A program made the position numbers and the translations under genes. A stretch of DNA of 64,000 nt from an uncultured Gemmatimonadales bacterium. Its GTDB lineage: Bacteria; Gemmatimonadota; Gemmatimonadetes; Gemmatimonadales; GWC2-71-9. How positions within the stretch are numbered: the first letter of the stretch is position 1; each line of letters begins with the position of its first letter. The DNA is taken from positions 416,001 through 480,000 of the forward strand of contig CAWGED010000019.1 in NCBI GenBank assembly GCA_963821525.1, in the 5' to 3' direction. The notes beneath the pieces are model-generated. The model did no database searches. It was not told the origin of the DNA and was given only the letters and a program-made list of their open reading frames with translations. Below, in pieces: positions 1 to 11,097 of this stretch.

Positions 1-790
1 GCACGTGACCCATCTCGTGCAGAATCACGTCGTTCAACGTCCCGTTGGCTTCCATGTTGGGCAGGTCGGCGGTATCGAACTTCATGATCCCGATGACCGT
101 CAGCTTGTTGCTGGTCCGGATGAAACAGGGTCCCGCCTGACCCAGCACCTTCCCCACCCCGTCGATGCCCACCAGGCTCACGAAGATCAGCAGGTCATCC
201 ACGATGAAATTGCTGAGCGCCGGGTCGCCCACTCCGCAGGCGTTGGCCGCCTTGTTGGTGACCACGTCCGTGAGGTCGCCGGTAATGACCCGCGACCACC
301 GGGCGGCCGCACCGTCGAAGGCCGCCTTCTGGGCCGTGGTCGGTGTCTGGAGGTAGTTGAGCGCGATTGTGAAGTTGGAGAGGACAGTCGAGGCGTTCGC
401 GGTGAAGGTGACCGGACTTCCGGTCAGACCGGTTACCGTTGCCGTCACAGTATTGATTCCCGCCGTTGGACCCGTAGTCCAGGATCCCAGAGTCGCGATA
501 CCGGCGTTATCGGTGACCGGGGTCGCTCCGGTGAGCGTCCCAGCTCCGGCGGTGACCGCGAAGGTCACAGTCACGCCGCCCACTCCGAAGTTGTTGGCGT
601 CGGTGACCTTCACCGACGGCTTGGTCGTGACCGCCTGGCTCGTGACCGCGTTCTGAGTCGTCGCCGAGGTGGACGCGATCTGGGTGGCAGGCCCGACGTT
701 GGTGCCGCCGTCGGTCGAACTGCTGCAGCTCGCAACCGCGGCCGCGGCAAACGCGACAAGCGCCGCCTTAATGGAATGGGAGCGACTCAT
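1..790 (-). CDS. Lipoprotein with Ig-like (Big-1) domain and leishmanolysin-like (M8-type) zinc metalloprotease domain; 3' end runs off the window
   Basis: Not in ORF track; hand translation from ATG at 790: MSRSHSIKAALVAFAAAAVASCSSS (lipobox-like Cys), Thr/Gly-rich VKVTDANNFGVGGVTVTF Ig-like segment, then IDGVGKVLGQAGPC and VILHEMGHV (HExxH) at the window edge. Confidence 0.8.
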   Translation of the reverse strand, partial: MSRSHSIKAALVAFAAAAVASCSSSTDGGTNVGPATQIASTSATTQNAVTSQAVTTKPSVKVTDANNFGVGGVTVTFAVTAGAGTLTGATPVTDNAGIATLGSWTTGPTAGINTVTATVTGLTGSPVTFTANASTVLSNFTIALNYLQTPTTAQKAAFDGAAARWSRVITGDLTDVVTNKAANACGVGDPALSNFIVDDLLIFVSLVGIDGVGKVLGQAGPCFIRTSNKLTVIGIMKFDTADLPNMEANGTLNDVILHEMGHV

Positions 791-959
791 GCTTACCCTT
801 GTTGTATGGTTGGAGCCGAACAGCCCGCCGGCCGCCGGCACTGGCTAAAGCATAGGACCGCTGCACCAACTGCGCCACCTCGGACCTCGGCTGCTGCTTC
901 GATTGAGGAAACGCCTGACCGTACCCGTGCAAACACACCCGACCGACTCGGCAATCGAG

Positions 960-1799
960 CTATTTCGCCCCGTCTCCCTGCATCTCGCGCAGGCTGCGCT
1001 GCTGCCACAGAACGATGGCGCCAAGCAACAGGAGACTGCCCGTCAGGATTGCGGTCGCGAGCACGTTGATCTGGGGAGGGAATGCCGCCCGCCGGGCCCC
1101 GTACACGTAGAGGGGATAGGTCACCCGGCTGCCGGCGTTGAACAGCGTGATGATGAAGTCGTCGAGCGAGAGCGCGAACGAGAGCATGGCTGCAGCCGCA
1201 ATGCCGGGCGCAATGAGCGGCAGAGTCACCTTGGTTACCACCCGGAGCGGAGCCGCTCCGAGATCCATCGCCGCCTCTTCCAGGGTCCAATCGAAGCCGC
1301 GGATCCGGGCTCGCACCGTCAACGCCACGTAGCTCACCGAGAACATGATGTGGGCTATGACGATGGTCCAGAAGCCGGTCCGCGCTCCGACGTTGAGGAA
1401 GAGGGACAGCAGTGAAGACCCGAGCACTACTTCCGGCGTCGTGAGGGGCAGCACCAGGAGCAGATTGATGAAGTTGCTGCCGCGGAAGGTGTAGCGGCAG
1501 AGGGCCAGGGCAATGAGCGCCCCGAAGACGGTTGCGACACTGGTGGAGAGCGCGGCGACCTTGAGACTGAGCTTCAAGGCGTCGAAGAGCGGCTGGTACT
1601 TGAAGGGATCCCGCCAGGCATCGAGGGAGAAGGCCTTCCAGACGAAATTGAATTTCCCCTCCGGCCGGTTGAAGCTGTACAGGATGATCACGAAAATCGG
1701 CAGGAAGAGATACAGCAGCACCATCGCCGCATAGATGTCCAGCAGCCGGGAACCCACCCGACGGTACCAGGGGATGACGGCGCCGGTCCGTGGTGTCAT
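960..1799 (-). CDS. potC: Spermidine/putrescine ABC transporter permease
   Basis: LYLFLPIFVIILYSFN N-terminus, EAA loop LEEAAMDLGA, SLDDFIIT. Confidence 0.9.
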   Translation of the reverse strand: MTPRTGAVIPWYRRVGSRLLDIYAAMVLLYLFLPIFVIILYSFNRPEGKFNFVWKAFSLDAWRDPFKYQPLFDALKLSLKVAALSTSVATVFGALIALALCRYTFRGSNFINLLLVLPLTTPEVVLGSSLLSLFLNVGARTGFWTIVIAHIMFSVSYVALTVRARIRGFDWTLEEAAMDLGAAPLRVVTKVTLPLIAPGIAAAAMLSFALSLDDFIITLFNAGSRVTYPLYVYGARRAAFPPQINVLATAILTGSLLLLGAIVLWQQRSLREMQGDGAK

Positions 1800-2642
1800 G
1801 CGAGGTCCTCGGTACCCAGCACGCGGGCGTAGAGCAGCACGCCTCCGGTGATCACCACCATCAGCACGAACGACAACGCCGCCGCCAGCGGATAGTCCCG
1901 CACATCGAGGAATTGATTCTGGATGACGGTGCCGATCATCTGCTGATTGGGACTACCCAGCAACTCGGCGTTGATGAAGTCGCCGAGCGCTGGGATGAAG
2001 GTGAGCAGGCTCCCGGCAAAGACTCCGGGCAGCGAGAGAGGCAAAATCACTTTGCGAAAGGCGCTGGAGGGCGGGTTATACAGATCCTGCGCCGCTTCGA
2101 CCAGGCGCGGTGTCGATCTTCTCGAGACTCACGTAGATCGGCAGGATCATGAACGGCAGGAAGTTGTAGGTCAGCCCGCCAACCACCGCGAGCGTGGTGT
2201 TGAGCAGCCGGCCGCCCTCCGACAGCAGGTGAACCGACTGCAGGAAATTGATTGCGAACCCGTTGTCGTTGAGGATGGTCTTCCAGGCGAAGGTGCGGAC
2301 CAGGAAGGTGGTGAAGAACGGCAGGATCACGAGGCCGAGCAGGAGATTCTTGTATTTCCCAGCCCGAAAGGCCATCACATAGGCCAACGGGTAACCGAGA
2401 AGGATGGCGATGAGTGTGGCTGCGAGCGCATACTCCGCCGAACGGAGAAAATGATCCCCGTAGCCGGTGAGCGCCTGACGGTAGCTCTCCCACCAGGGCG
2501 CGTCGCCGACGGCCAAGGAGGTCTTGGCCAGGGTGAGGGTGGGGATGACGTAGAAGACGATCAGCCACAACACCCCTGGGGCCACAAGCAGATACGGCGC
2601 GAGCCTGCTCTGCCTCGCGCCGCCCTGGGCTGCTCCAGCCAT
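1796..2642 (-). CDS. potB: Spermidine/putrescine ABC transporter permease (frameshift near 2100)
   Basis: ORF 2076-2642 (ILPFFTTFLVRTFAW, YNFLPFMILPIY) continues in ORF 1796-2050 (LPLSLPGVFAGSLLTFIPALGDF). Confidence 0.88.
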
Positions 2643-2647
2643 GTCTG

Positions 2648-3828
2648 CTAGGCTCCGATCGCGTCCTGGAAAATCTTGTTGAACTCGGTGTCCTCGGCGT
2701 CGCTCAGCGCGCGGAAAACGTGGAGCCGGGCGCGGAGATCGTCGGGTGGGTTGACCAGCGAGCTCTTGGCCAGATCAGGCGCGATCTTGGCGAGTTCATC
2801 TCCGGCTCCCTTCACCGCGGAGATGTAGGGTGCGCGCCGCCACGATCTGAGCAGAATGGGCGGGATCGTAGCAGTAATTGATCCAGGCCATTGCCAGGTC
2901 CTGCCGGTCGGAGGTCTTCGGGATGAGCATGTTATCGGAGTACAGCATCGCCCCTTCCTTGGGCGCGATCCAGCGGAGATCCGGATTGTCGGCCGCCAGA
3001 CCCTGGATGTCGCCCGACCAGGCGATCGCCACCGCGATGTTCCCGGCCGCCAGGTCCTCGGCGTAGTCGTTGCCGGTGAACGCGCGGATGTGCCCGCTCT
3101 CCCGCGCCTTCTTGATCCGGGCGCAGGCCTTCTCCGCGTCGGCCTTGGTGCAGTTGGCGGGGTCGGCGCCATTAGCCAGCATGATGAGACCCAGCGTGTC
3201 GCGCATCTCGGTCAGCATGGTGACCTGACCCTTGTACTTCGGATCGAAGATGTCGTTCATGCTGGTCAGCTCGCGGCCGGTCTTCTTGGGGTTGTAGCCC
3301 ACGCCGGTCATGCCGGAGAGCCATGGCACGCTGTACTTGCGGCCGGGGTCGAAGCTGACATCGCGCAGGTTGTCGACCAGGTTCGCCTTGTTGGGGAACT
3401 TGCTGTCGTCGAGCGGCGCGGCGTAGCCGAGGGTGATGAGCCGTCCCGCCATCCAGTCGGTGAGGACGACGATCTCGCGGTCGATGCTCTGCGAGCGCTT
3501 GAGCGGCTCGTCGATCTTGGCGAAGTACTCGTTGTTGTCGTTGATGTCCTCGGTGTACTCGACCTTGATGCCGGTGGCCGCTTCGAAGTCGGGCACCGTC
3601 TTGGCATCGATGTACAGCGGCCAGTTGGACACCCGGACAACTTTGGTGGTGGATCCCCCGGCGGCGGCCCCTCCCCTCCTTGCCCTTGCACGCGGCGAGG
3701 AAGCTGCTCCCGAAGGCGAGGCCCCCGGCGGCGGCGGCGGTACTGCCGAGAAACTGGCGGCGGCTCAGCGCGCGACGCAGGATGCGCTGGATTTCGGCGT
3801 CGCTGTCGCGGTCATCGGTACGGCTCAT
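2648..3828 (-). CDS. potD: Polyamine ABC transporter substrate-binding lipoprotein with Tat signal (frameshifts near 3660 and 2830)
   Basis: MSRTDD...SRRQFL...FLAAC twin-arginine lipoprotein signal; SNWPLYID, AIAWSGD, YSDNMLIP motifs across three ORF pieces. Confidence 0.85.
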
Positions 3829-3844
3829 GGGCGCTCCTTGCGGG

Positions 3845-5003
3845 TTAGGACTGCGTTTGCACCGCACCGGTCGCAAGCTCGGCGGTGCTGGCGAGGGTGA
3901 GTTCCAGCGGAGAGGGCGTCTTGCTGGGCGGTAGCAGACAAGCAGCGTCAGCGTCCCAGGACACCCAGAGGGATTGGCCGGTATCGAGACCGGGCAAGGG
4001 GTCGTCGTGTCCGACGTGAGCAACGATGGGAGTTCCGTCCGCGGTCTTGAGGATGCAGCGGATCGACGATCCCTGGAACAGGACCGCATCCACGACCGTG
4101 GGGAGGGCCGTGGCCCCATTGGCCTCGCGGCTCAGGTGAAGCCGCTCGGGGCGGATCATGACGGTCGCCGCGTCTCCCACCGACCAGGATCGAGAGCCCC
4201 CGTCGACCTGCACCAACCGGTTGCCGCCCACCAGCACGTGTCATGTCGCTTACCGGCATTGGACTGGACCGTAGCTGGCAGCAGGTTCGCTATCGCCGAT
4301 GAAATTGGCGACGAAGACCGAGCTCGGAGAGTGATAGATCTCCTCGGGCGAGCCGATCTGCTCCACCCTGCCCTCGTTCATGACCGCGATGCGGTCCGAC
4401 ATGGTGAGGGCTTCTTCCTGATCGTGGGTCACGTAGATGAAAGTGATCCCCACTTCGCGCTGAATTCGCTTCAGCTCGATCTGCATCGCCTGGCGCAGCT
4501 TCAAGTCGAGGGCGCCGAGCGGCTCGTCGAGGAGGAGCGCGCTGGGGTAATTCACCAGCGCCCTTGCCAGCGCCACCCGCTGCTGCTGGCCGCCGGAGAG
4601 CTGGGTCGGTTTGCGAGTCGGCGAACTTCTGCAACCGGACCACTTCCAGCAGCTCCGCGACCCGCTTCTTCACGTCGGCCTCGTCGAGCTTCCGGCTGCG
4701 GGGGCCGAAGGCGACGTTGTCATACACCGACATGTGGGGGAAGAGTGCGTAATGCTGGAAGACGGTGTTGACGTTGCGCCGATAGGGGGGGACCCGGGAA
4801 ACGTCTTTCCCTTCCAGCAGGATGCGACCGGTGGTCGGTTGCTCGAATCCGGCGATCATGCGAAGTGTCGTCGTCTTGCCGCAACCGGAGGGACCGAGCA
4901 TAGAGAAGAACTCGCCCCGCGCGATCTCGAAATTGGCATCGTTTACGGCGACATAGTCGCCGAACCGCTTGACCACGTGGTCAACGGTGATGACCGGATC
5001 CAT
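3845..5003 (-). CDS. potA: Polyamine ABC transporter ATP-binding protein (two frameshifts)
   Basis: Walker [54 protein letters not shown]-terminal TOBE-like IRPERL. Confidence 0.9.
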
Positions 5004-5185
5004 GGGGCGTTGTCTACCTCAGAGTGATCGAAAGGAGGGTCTGTCGAGCCCAATCTACGTCTTGTCGGAGAGTTGACAACCCGGGGGCCGGGGCCCAGAG
5101 TTATCCTCAAGACAGGCGACCGACTGCTTTTCCTCCCGCAGCAGGCGATAGCACCCAGCCTCCTCATATCAAGCCAGGACGCGTC

Positions 5186-6575
5186 ATGAGCACTACCGTC
5201 GCTTCAACGAAGCCCGGGGTGAGCGATGAGTTGCTCGCCAGGGCCCGCCAGATCGGCGAGCAGGAAATGGCCCGGCTCCTCGAGCGGACCAAGGCCTCGG
5301 CCCGCCTCTACGAACGGGCGGTCCGCCTCCTGCCGTTCGGGGTCGTCTCGTCGTTTCAGAAGATGCAACCTTACCCGATCTACGTGACCCGGGGCCGGGG
5401 AAGCCATATCTGGGACCAGGACGGGCAGGAATACCTCGACTTCCATTGCGGCTTCGGCGCCATGGTGGTGGGGCATGCCCATCCCCGCATCGTCGAGGCG
5501 ATCAGTCAGGCGGCCAGCCGCGGCACCCACTTCGCCGCCACCACCGAAGAGGGCATTGCCTTCGGAGAGGAAATCGCCCGCCGGTTCAACCTCGAAATGG
5601 TGCGGTTCGCCAACTCGGGCACCGAGGCCACGATGGACGCGATCCGGGTCGCCCGTGCCGCCACCGGCCGGGATGTGGTCTGCAAGATCGAGGGGTCGTA
5701 TCACGGACATCATGACGCCGTCATGTTCTCCGTGGTGCCCAACGCGGATGTGATGGGCGGGCGGGAGCGCCCGGCCAAGGCGCCAGTCTCCCGCGGCCTG
5801 GTCAAGGACGCGTCGCGCTACATCGAGGTGGTGCCCTTCAACGACGCCGAGGCCCTGGAAAAGCTTTTCATTGAGCGGGGAAAGGAAATCGCCTGCATCA
5901 TCATGGAACCGGCGATGATGAACATCGGCATCGTGGTTCCCCAGGCCGGTTATCTCCAGAAGGTCCGAGAGCTCTGCACCCGTCACGGGGTGATCTTCAT
6001 CTTCGACGAGATCAAGACCGGGTTCACGATCGCCGCGGGCGGCGCCGACCGAGCGGTTCGGCGTGCAGCCCGATCTGGTCTGCCTCGCCAAGGCCATTTC
6101 GGGTGGTCTCCCGGCGGCGGCCTTTGGCGGCCGGGCCGATCTGATGCGGCTCATCGAGCAGGGCGTTTCTCAGATGGGGACCTACAACGGCAACCCGCTC
6201 GTCTCCCACGTGGGGCTGGTGACCCTGCGCGAGGTTCTCACCCCGTCGGCCTACCAGCACTTCGCCAGACTGGGCACTCGGCTCGCCACGGGATGCCAGA
6301 AGGTGATCGACCAGTACGGAATCCCGGCGCACACCGTGGATCTGGGCGCCAAGGGATGCGTTTCGTACCGGCCCACGCCCATGAAGAACTATCGTGATTT
6401 CCTGGAAACCAAGCCGGAACTCTTCTCGGCTTCCTATCCCTGGCTACTCAACCGCGGCGTCTTCATGACCCCCGGCGACGAGGAGCAGTGGACTCTGTCG
6501 GTGCAGCACACCGAGGCGGACGTCGATGTCTACATCAGCGTATTCTCCGACTTCTGCCGCGCGCTCACAGCCTGA
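5186..6575 (+). CDS. Class III PLP aminotransferase, HemL/glutamate-1-semialdehyde-aminomutase-like (frameshift near 6050)
   Basis: VRFANSGTEATMDAIRVARAATGR, KIEGSYHGHHD, FIFDEIKTGF, PDLVCLAKAISGGLP, GTYNGNP. Confidence 0.85.
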
Positions 6576-6585
6576 GGGCGCGGCG

Positions 6586-8044
6586 GTGAAGTACCCCGAT
6601 GTCCGGAACTACGTGTCCGGCCGCTTCGTGGCGGGCGGGGATCGGTTCCAGGAAATCAACGATCCTTCAGACGGCAGCGTCATCGCCCGGGTCCCAATGG
6701 GCGGCCCCGCTGAAGTGGACGCGGCCGTCGCGGCCGCGCGCGCCGCGTTGCCGGGCTGGGCTTCCACGCCGATCAAGGAGCGGGTCCAGGTCTTCTTCCG
6801 CTACAAGGCGCTGCTGGAGCAGAACCTTGCGGAACTTTCGGCGCTGATCTGCGAAGAACACGGCAAGGTGAAGAGCGAGGCCGATGCTGAAATCCTCAAG
6901 GCCATCGAGCTGACCGAATTCGCCTGCTCGATGCCTCAGCTGGTCGCGGGCGAGACGATGGAAGTGAGCCGCGGCGTCGAGTGCCGGGTGGAGCGATACC
7001 CGGTGGGCATCGTCGCCTCGATCGTACCGTTCAATTTCCCCTCGATGGTTCCCCACTGGACCATTCCCAACGCGATCGTGCTGGGGAACTGCTTCATCCT
7101 CAAGCCGTCGGAACGGGTGCCACTCAGCGCCCAGCGCATCGCGACGCTGCTGACCGAGGCGGGACTGCCTCCCGGCGTATTCAACACGGTGAACGGTGGA
7201 CGCGAGGCGGTCGAAGCCATCCTCGATCACTCCGGAATCGAGGCGGTCACCTTCGTGGGTTCAACCGCGGTTGCGCGCGAGGTGTACCGGCGGGGGACAT
7301 CTCATCTCAAGCGCGTGCTGGCGCTGGGCGGCGCCAAGAATCACGTCATCGTGCTGCCCGATGCCGATCCCGAGATGGCCTCGACCGGCGTGCTTGCCGC
7401 GATGTCGGGGTGCACCGGGCAGCGCTGCATGGCGGCTTCGGTCATGGTCGCGGTATCGGCAACCGATCACGTCATCTCGCAGATGAGCGATCAGGCCAGG
7501 AAGATCGTGCCTGGGGCGTGACGTGGGGCCGGTGATCTCCAAGGCAGCGAAGGAAAGGATCGAGAAGGCGATCGATGAGGCGGAGGCGGCGGGCGCCAAG
7601 GTGCTGGTAGATGGACGCAACGCCACGGTCCCCGGGAAGCCCGGGGGTTACTGGGTCGGCCCGACGATTCTCGATCAGGTGCAACCAGATATGCGCATCG
7701 CGCGAGAGGAGGTCTTCGGACCGGTGCTCTCGATCGTGCGCACCAAGACCCTGGAAGAGGCACTGGCAGTCGAGAATGCCTCGCCCTACGGCAATGCAGC
7801 CTCGGTGTTCACCGAGAGCGGTGCCGCGGCACGCTACGCGATGGAGCGGGCCAGCGCCGGCATGGTGGGAGTCAACGTCGGCGTTCCGGTACCCCGCGAG
7901 CCGTTCGGTTTCGGAGGCTGGAATGACTCCAAGTTCGGCGTGGGAGACATCACCGGCCACGGCTCGATCGAATTCTGGACCAAGGCCAAGAAGATCACGA
8001 CCAAGTGGAATCGGGAAGCTGGCGTGAATTGGATGTCGAGGTGA
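6586..8044 (+). CDS. mmsA: CoA-acylating (methyl)malonate-semialdehyde dehydrogenase (frameshift near 7520)
   Basis: PFNFPSMVP, LKPSERVP, FVGST, GGAKNH, GQRCMA, EEVFGPV, VGVNVGVPVP. Confidence 0.9.
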
Positions 8045-8079
8045 AGCCGTCAGCCGTCAGCCCTTAGCTGTTAGCTGTT
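8045..8079. repeat. Heptamer tandem array AGCYNTY x5 (single arm)
   Basis: AGCCGTC AGCCGTC AGCCCTT AGCTGTT AGCTGTT immediately after the mmsA TGA. Confidence 0.7.
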
Positions 8080-8154
8080 GCAGCTTAATGCTTCAATCTG
8101 CAATCGCATTGCGACGCTCGATGACAGACCACCAGCGCTCCCACCCGCCCTGTC

Positions 8155-9487
8155 ATGCCGCCGCACGACCACAAGCCGCACCCCTACACCGGACCGTCCC
8201 GGCAAGAGGTGCTCGCGATGCGGCAGCAGTACTGCAATCCCGCGATCTTCACGCTCTATCAGGATCCGCTGATGATCGTCGAGGGGCACATGCAGTACCT
8301 CTACGACGAGACCGGGCGCCGTTATCTCGACCTGTTCGCCGGTATCGTGACCGTCTCCTGCGGGCACAGTCACCCGAAGGTCGTGGCCCGGATGAAGGAG
8401 CAGCTGGATCTCATCACCCACACCACGACCATCTATCTCCATCCCAACTTCCCGGCGATGGCCAAGAAGCTCGCCTCGAAGATGCCGCAGGGACTGGACG
8501 TCACCTACTTCACCAACAGCGGGAGCGAGGCGAACGACCTCGCCATGCTGATCGCCCGGCTGTACACCGGGAGCAACGACATCATCGCGGTGCGGAACAG
8601 CTACCACGGCAATTCACCGACTGCCATGGCGGCCACGTCCCATCACACCTGGAAGTATCCGGCCCAGCTCAACAGCGGGATCCATCACGCGATCTCCCCC
8701 GATCCCTATCGCAGCCCATTCTCAGGCACACCGGAACAGGTAGCGTCGCAGGCGGCGGACGACATCCGGCAGCTGATCCGCTATTCGACTCCGGGCCGGG
8801 TGGCCGGCTTCATCGCCGAGCCGATCCAGGGCGTAGGGGGAGCCACCCACGGAGCTTCGAATTATCTGAAGGAAGCGTACGCGGTGATCCGGGAGAACGG
8901 CGGACTCTGCATCGCCGATGAGGTGCAGACTGGCTTCGGCCGCACCGGCGATCACTACTGGGGATTTCAGAATTTCGGGGTGGTGCCCGACATCGTCACG
9001 ATGGCCAAGGGAATCGGCAACGGGGCGCCGCTCGCCGCCGTCACCACCCGGCGCGACATCGCGAGCGTCCTCACCCAACGGGTCCACTTCAACACCTTCG
9101 GCGGCAACCCCGTTTCGATGGCGGCGGGCCTCGCGGTGCTCGACACAATCGACGAAGACGGACTGCAGGAGAACTCGAAGGTGGTAGGTGGGCCGCTTCA
9201 AGCAGGGGCTCAAGGAGCTGCAGACCCGCCATCGCCTGATCGGCGACGTCCGCGGTATGGGGCTCATGCTCGGCGCGGAGCTGGTCCGGGACCGCGGGAC
9301 GAAAGAACCGGCCAAGGAAGAGACCTTGCAGATCCTGGAGATCGCCCGGGAGCACGGCGTGTTGCTCGGCAAGGGCGGCCTGGACGGCAACGTGCTCCGG
9401 ATCAAGCCGCCCATGTGTCTCACGGCGCAGGATGTGGACTTTGCCCTCGAAGTCCTGGACGTGGCGCTGGGTCGGGTGGAGAAGTAG
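8155..9487 (+). CDS. Class III aminotransferase, alanine-glyoxylate aminotransferase 2 / beta-alanine-pyruvate-like (frameshift near 9190; start may be slightly upstream)
   Basis: [79 protein letters not shown]. Confidence 0.88.
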
Positions 9488-9654
9488 ACGGGAGACGGGA
9501 GACAGGAGACGGGAACAGCGTGAGAAGTGAGAAGTGAGAAGGAACAATCCGATGGTACGACAAGCAAATCACCCTCCGTGGACCCGAGTCCACGGAGGGT
9601 GAAATCGTTATGATCGGAGTTCCCTCTCACTTCTCACTTCTTACTTCTCACGCT
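9486..9654. repeat. Inverted heptamer-array cassette with internal perfect hairpin
   Basis: AGACRGG x4, then AGC+GTGAGAA x3 ... TTCTCAC-type x4+GCT; 15-bp stem 9569-9583/9588-9602. Confidence 0.9.
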
Positions 9655-9662
9655 TTTTGGGG

Positions 9663-11045
9663 TTAGCTGCTGAACCCAATCCCCATCCGTTCCAGGAGCC
9701 GAAGAAGCAGACCGGGCGGCTCACCGGCATCCACTCTCCGCAATCCCCTGGTCACCGCGTTCACCGCCCAGGATCGCATCGGTTCTGGGGGATAGGGGAA
9801 CGGTTTCTTCCTCACGAGCGAGAGGTCCAGCAGTTCACTGGGACGATCCAGCGCCAAGTGCGCGAGAATCCGTCCGGCCAGCCGGGTGGTTCCCAGTCCG
9901 TGCCCGGTATATCCCAGTCCGTAGTGCACCCGGCCCCCGACGGCCGATCCGAAGAAGGGCGTCATCCGCGTCGTGGAGCAGATCGGACCGCCCCAGGCGT
10001 ACTCCCACTCCAGGCCGCCCAGCGCGGGAAAGTGGCGCTTCCAGCTATCGGTAAGAGACTGGTAGTGCCGAGCCGAGTGATCGCAGGACGCGGAGACCTC
10101 ATTGCCGCGGTAGTAGGTCGCCTCGCTGGTCCCCCACAGCACCCTGCCATCCGCCGTCGGGCGATAGTAGTTGAAGAAGGTCCTGCCATCGGTGATTCCC
10201 TGCCGCCGTTTCCAGCCGAGAGTTTCCCACTGCGAAGCCGTAAGCGGGACGCTCACCAGGACGTAATCGTAGAGCGGGATGAACCGGCGAGTGAGCTTCG
10301 GCAGCAGCTGGTGGGTGTACGCGCTGGTAGCAAGCACGGCCCTCCGCGCTCGCAGCGTACCGTTCGCCGTTTTTACCACGATGCCGGAGCCATTCCGGTG
10401 GAACGATCGCACCGGACTCTTCTCGTAGACCCGGACGCCGAGCCGTTCGGCCTCCTGGCGCAGCGCGTCTACCAGTTTGACCGGATCGAGAATCCCTCCG
10501 CCGCTGACCGCGACTCCGCCCTGATACAACGGTGAGTGGAGCTCGGCCTGGGCCTCCTCGCGATCGAGAGAGCGGAAGCTGGTAACCCCCAATCGAACGG
10601 CGCTCTCGACATTCTTCCGACCTTCCTCGACTTGCGCCGGCGTCAGCGCCATCACGATCCGCCCGGTCGGCTCGAAGTCGCAGTTCAGTCTCCGCGAATG
10701 CAGGAACTCGATCAGCTCCGCGACGTTCGACTCGCCAAGCCGGGCCAAAACAGCAGCCTCGCGGGCCCCGAAATGGGCGACCGCGAGGCCGTGGGAATGG
10801 TCAACCGTCTCCGACAGCATGCCGGCGTTACGGCCGCTCGCGCCGTAGGCCACCAGCTCCTGTTCCAGCACGACTACCCGAGCGGACGGATCGAGCTCAC
10901 ACAGAAAGAGGGCGGTCCACAATCCAGTGAGACCGCCCCCAACGACAACAACCGTCGCCTCTTCTACGCCTTCCTGAACCGTGACCTTCGAGGCCTTTCT
11001 TTGAGCAAGCCAGAAACAGGCCTGCTCAACAGGCCGCTCAAGCAA
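9663..11045 (-). CDS. FAD-dependent oxidoreductase, PuuB/DAO family (gamma-glutamylputrescine oxidase-like)
   Basis: VVGGGLTGLW, GASGRNAG, YAWGGP, GYTGHGLG. Confidence 0.85.
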   Translation of the reverse strand: MLERPVEQACFWLAQRKASKVTVQEGVEEATVVVVGGGLTGLWTALFLCELDPSARVVVLEQELVAYGASGRNAGMLSETVDHSHGLAVAHFGAREAAVLARLGESNVAELIEFLHSRRLNCDFEPTGRIVMALTPAQVEEGRKNVESAVRLGVTSFRSLDREEAQAELHSPLYQGGVAVSGGGILDPVKLVDALRQEAERLGVRVYEKSPVRSFHRNGSGIVVKTANGTLRARRAVLATSAYTHQLLPKLTRRFIPLYDYVLVSVPLTASQWETLGWKRRQGITDGRTFFNYYRPTADGRVLWGTSEATYYRGNEVSASCDHSARHYQSLTDSWKRHFPALGGLEWEYAWGGPICSTTRMTPFFGSAVGGRVHYGLGYTGHGLGTTRLAGRILAHLALDRPSELLDLSLVRKKPFPYPPEPMRSWAVNAVTRGLRRVDAGEPPGLLLRLLERMGIGFSS

Positions 11046-11097
11046 CGCTGCTATCGTCCGATCGTCCTGCCTTGTGCTGCCGCTCAGGCCAGCCCCC

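Noticed and set aside
5..1069. 354-aa plus-strand ORF and similar long shadow ORFs elsewhere
   Set aside because: Antisense to recognisable genes; typical of high-GC DNA, no motifs.
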